Positions 62,570-64,000 of a DNA stretch of 64,000 nt are shown piece by piece. This DNA is from Histomonas meleagridis 2922-C6/04-290x (Eukaryota; Protista; Parabasalia). The position numbers and the translations under genes are program-made. The stretch is from contig JAANOX010000075.1 of NCBI GenBank assembly GCA_020184695.1, forward strand, positions 176,044 to 240,043, written 5' to 3'. Each line of letters starts with the position of its first letter. Within the stretch, counting starts at the first letter, position 1. The notes beneath the pieces were generated by a model. It had not been told where the DNA came from. It worked only from the letters and a program-made list of their open reading frames with translations, and made no database searches.

Positions 62570-63446
62570 CTTTTTAAGTTTGTGTAATCTTCTGATGAGT
62601 TCAAAATTTTGTCTATTTTTGCATTTAATTCTAATAAAAAGTTTTGCGACACAAACAACATTTTATTTGATAAAGTACCTACACGTGCCAGAATCTGTTG
62701 ATTGTGTGATTCTTCCAATCTTCTGCAATACTATCAACATTTTACGGTGTGATGGCTTAAATGAAGTATCTTTAATGTCTTCCTGAGTAAAGAAGATTCG
62801 ATCATCATCAGGAAGTTCTCATTTTTGTATTCCATCAAAAAGCAATCTTGATTGTTGACGAAGCTTATTAGCGTTTGTTGTCTTTAGTGACGCATATTTG
62901 TTGTTAATGACAGTGTTAAGTTCTTCTATCCAAGAATTCACTTTATCGATTTTGATCCTAAAATTGATATACTGAAAGCAGCAGATTGCAAACCTCACTC
63001 TCTCAGTAGCTGGTCTTATTATCACATCTGTAGGTTTCTGTGTTTGTTGAGGTATTTTAGATGTTCTTTTTGATTTTTGAGGGAGAGGTAGATTTGAAAC
63101 GTGAGGTTGCTGTGTAGAACTTGGAGCTGGTTCGGAAGGGTATGATTTCTTGTTTTTTCAGTGGGAGATGTGCAATTTGAATATTTGCTTCTTCTGCTTC
63201 TGGTCTTTGTTTACATGCTTCATACATAATATCTCACAATCAAGTCAGGGAATTACATTTAATAATGGGAAGTTGTGAATCAACCCTTTTCTTCCATTCT
63301 CAGTCAACAAATTTTCTATCCGCTCAATTCTTGATGTCATTTTGATTTGATAAGCTCCTTTATCATAATTTCCCCTGCTTTGCTATATAAGCAATACATT
63401 GTTGAATTGAGTATATTCTTTGACCAAGTTCTTCAATTTCTTCCAT
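62570..63446 (-). pseudogene. Disrupted hypothetical gene (three in-frame TGA, at least one frameshift)
   Basis: ATG at 63446, frameshift at the GGGG near 63373, then one long frame broken by TGA at 63245-47, 63158-60 and 62819-21. Confidence 0.5.
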
Positions 63447-63556
63447 TACAGATTTACGTTTAAAATTAATTATAAACGTGCTCCAACCCCGATAACGTTT
63501 GTCAAAGACATTTCAATGTTTAAATTTAGAAATTTTGCTTTATTTATAGTTATTTC

Positions 63557-64000
63557 TCAAAGTAATAAGCTTTTTAAATAATTTTCTGATTCGTCCCTTG
63601 ACTTGAAAATGATGATTTCTTTGTCTCTTTGATATTTATCTATTAAATCATATATTTTTGGTAATTGATTTTTGGGAAAATTGATAACCCATTGTTTAAA
63701 TTCTTCATCAAGCTTGCTTTCATTCTATGGCATGTCTTCACGTGGTTTACCAACCCTTTCTTCAATGCTTAGTAGACTTTCTTCCAGTGGATAATCAAGA
63801 AGAAAAACTGTATCACATGCTTTTAATCGCGCTTCTAATGTCCCGGCGATAACTTCCATCAATAATCCATTTGTCTAATACCTTTCAAGGAGAAGTTTCA
63901 TATCAAATCTTTCCTCGAGAAATATTTGTTTTATCAGGGTTATGCCATAACATATCTAAATAATATAATGGAATATTTGTTTTGTCTTTTTAATTTTCGT
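63557..64000 (-). pseudogene. Bacterial-type adenylate kinase / FlaR-like P-loop kinase, disrupted and 5'-truncated by the window edge
   Basis: IPLYYLDMLWHNPDKT, WIIDGSY, LKACDTVFLLDYP, RVGKPREDMP*, LDEEFKQWVINF, IIIFKSRDE. Three frameshifts at G-runs and TAG at 63725-63727. Confidence 0.75.

Overview
AT-rich, gene-dense eukaryotic DNA with the hallmarks of a parabasalid (trichomonad-type) genome: TCA(C/T)T initiator elements just upstream of ATGs, BspA-like LRR surface proteins, DUF3447-type ankyrin genes, C2/XYPPX-type repeat proteins and several bacterial-type enzymes. The species cannot be fixed from this window. Housekeeping genes include RPS5, TFIIB, Ctf4/AND-1, FANCM/Mph1, eIF4E, an M1 aminopeptidase, RRP36, Sec16-like, bromodomain, RanBD, UBX and COMM proteins. 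There is also a degenerate tRNA-Gln, a 32-bp satellite of about 2.3 kb and a 110-bp tandem repeat. Main discovery: three ankyrin genes (10221-13044 minus, 25867-28240 plus, 37350-39112 plus) look like pseudogenes but are interrupted with strict regularity. In nearly every ankyrin repeat the four loop codons of D-x-x-G-x-T are each isolated behind a 17-nt AT-rich, non-GT-AG spacer, giving a 20-nt period and usually 80 nt per repeat. Removing the 74 spacers I counted gives textbook ankyrin loops (AKD-K-Y-G-W-TAL, DKD-E-Y-G-N-TAL, EKD-K-K-G-R-TAL) with no stop among 52 single-codon mini-exons. This implies an uncharacterised processing or recoding system (ultra-short non-canonical introns, ribosomal bypassing or DNA-level excision); the mechanism cannot be determined from DNA alone. 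Several single-base homopolymer anomalies suggest residual long-read errors, especially at 62.4-64 kb, so isolated frameshifts are treated cautiously.
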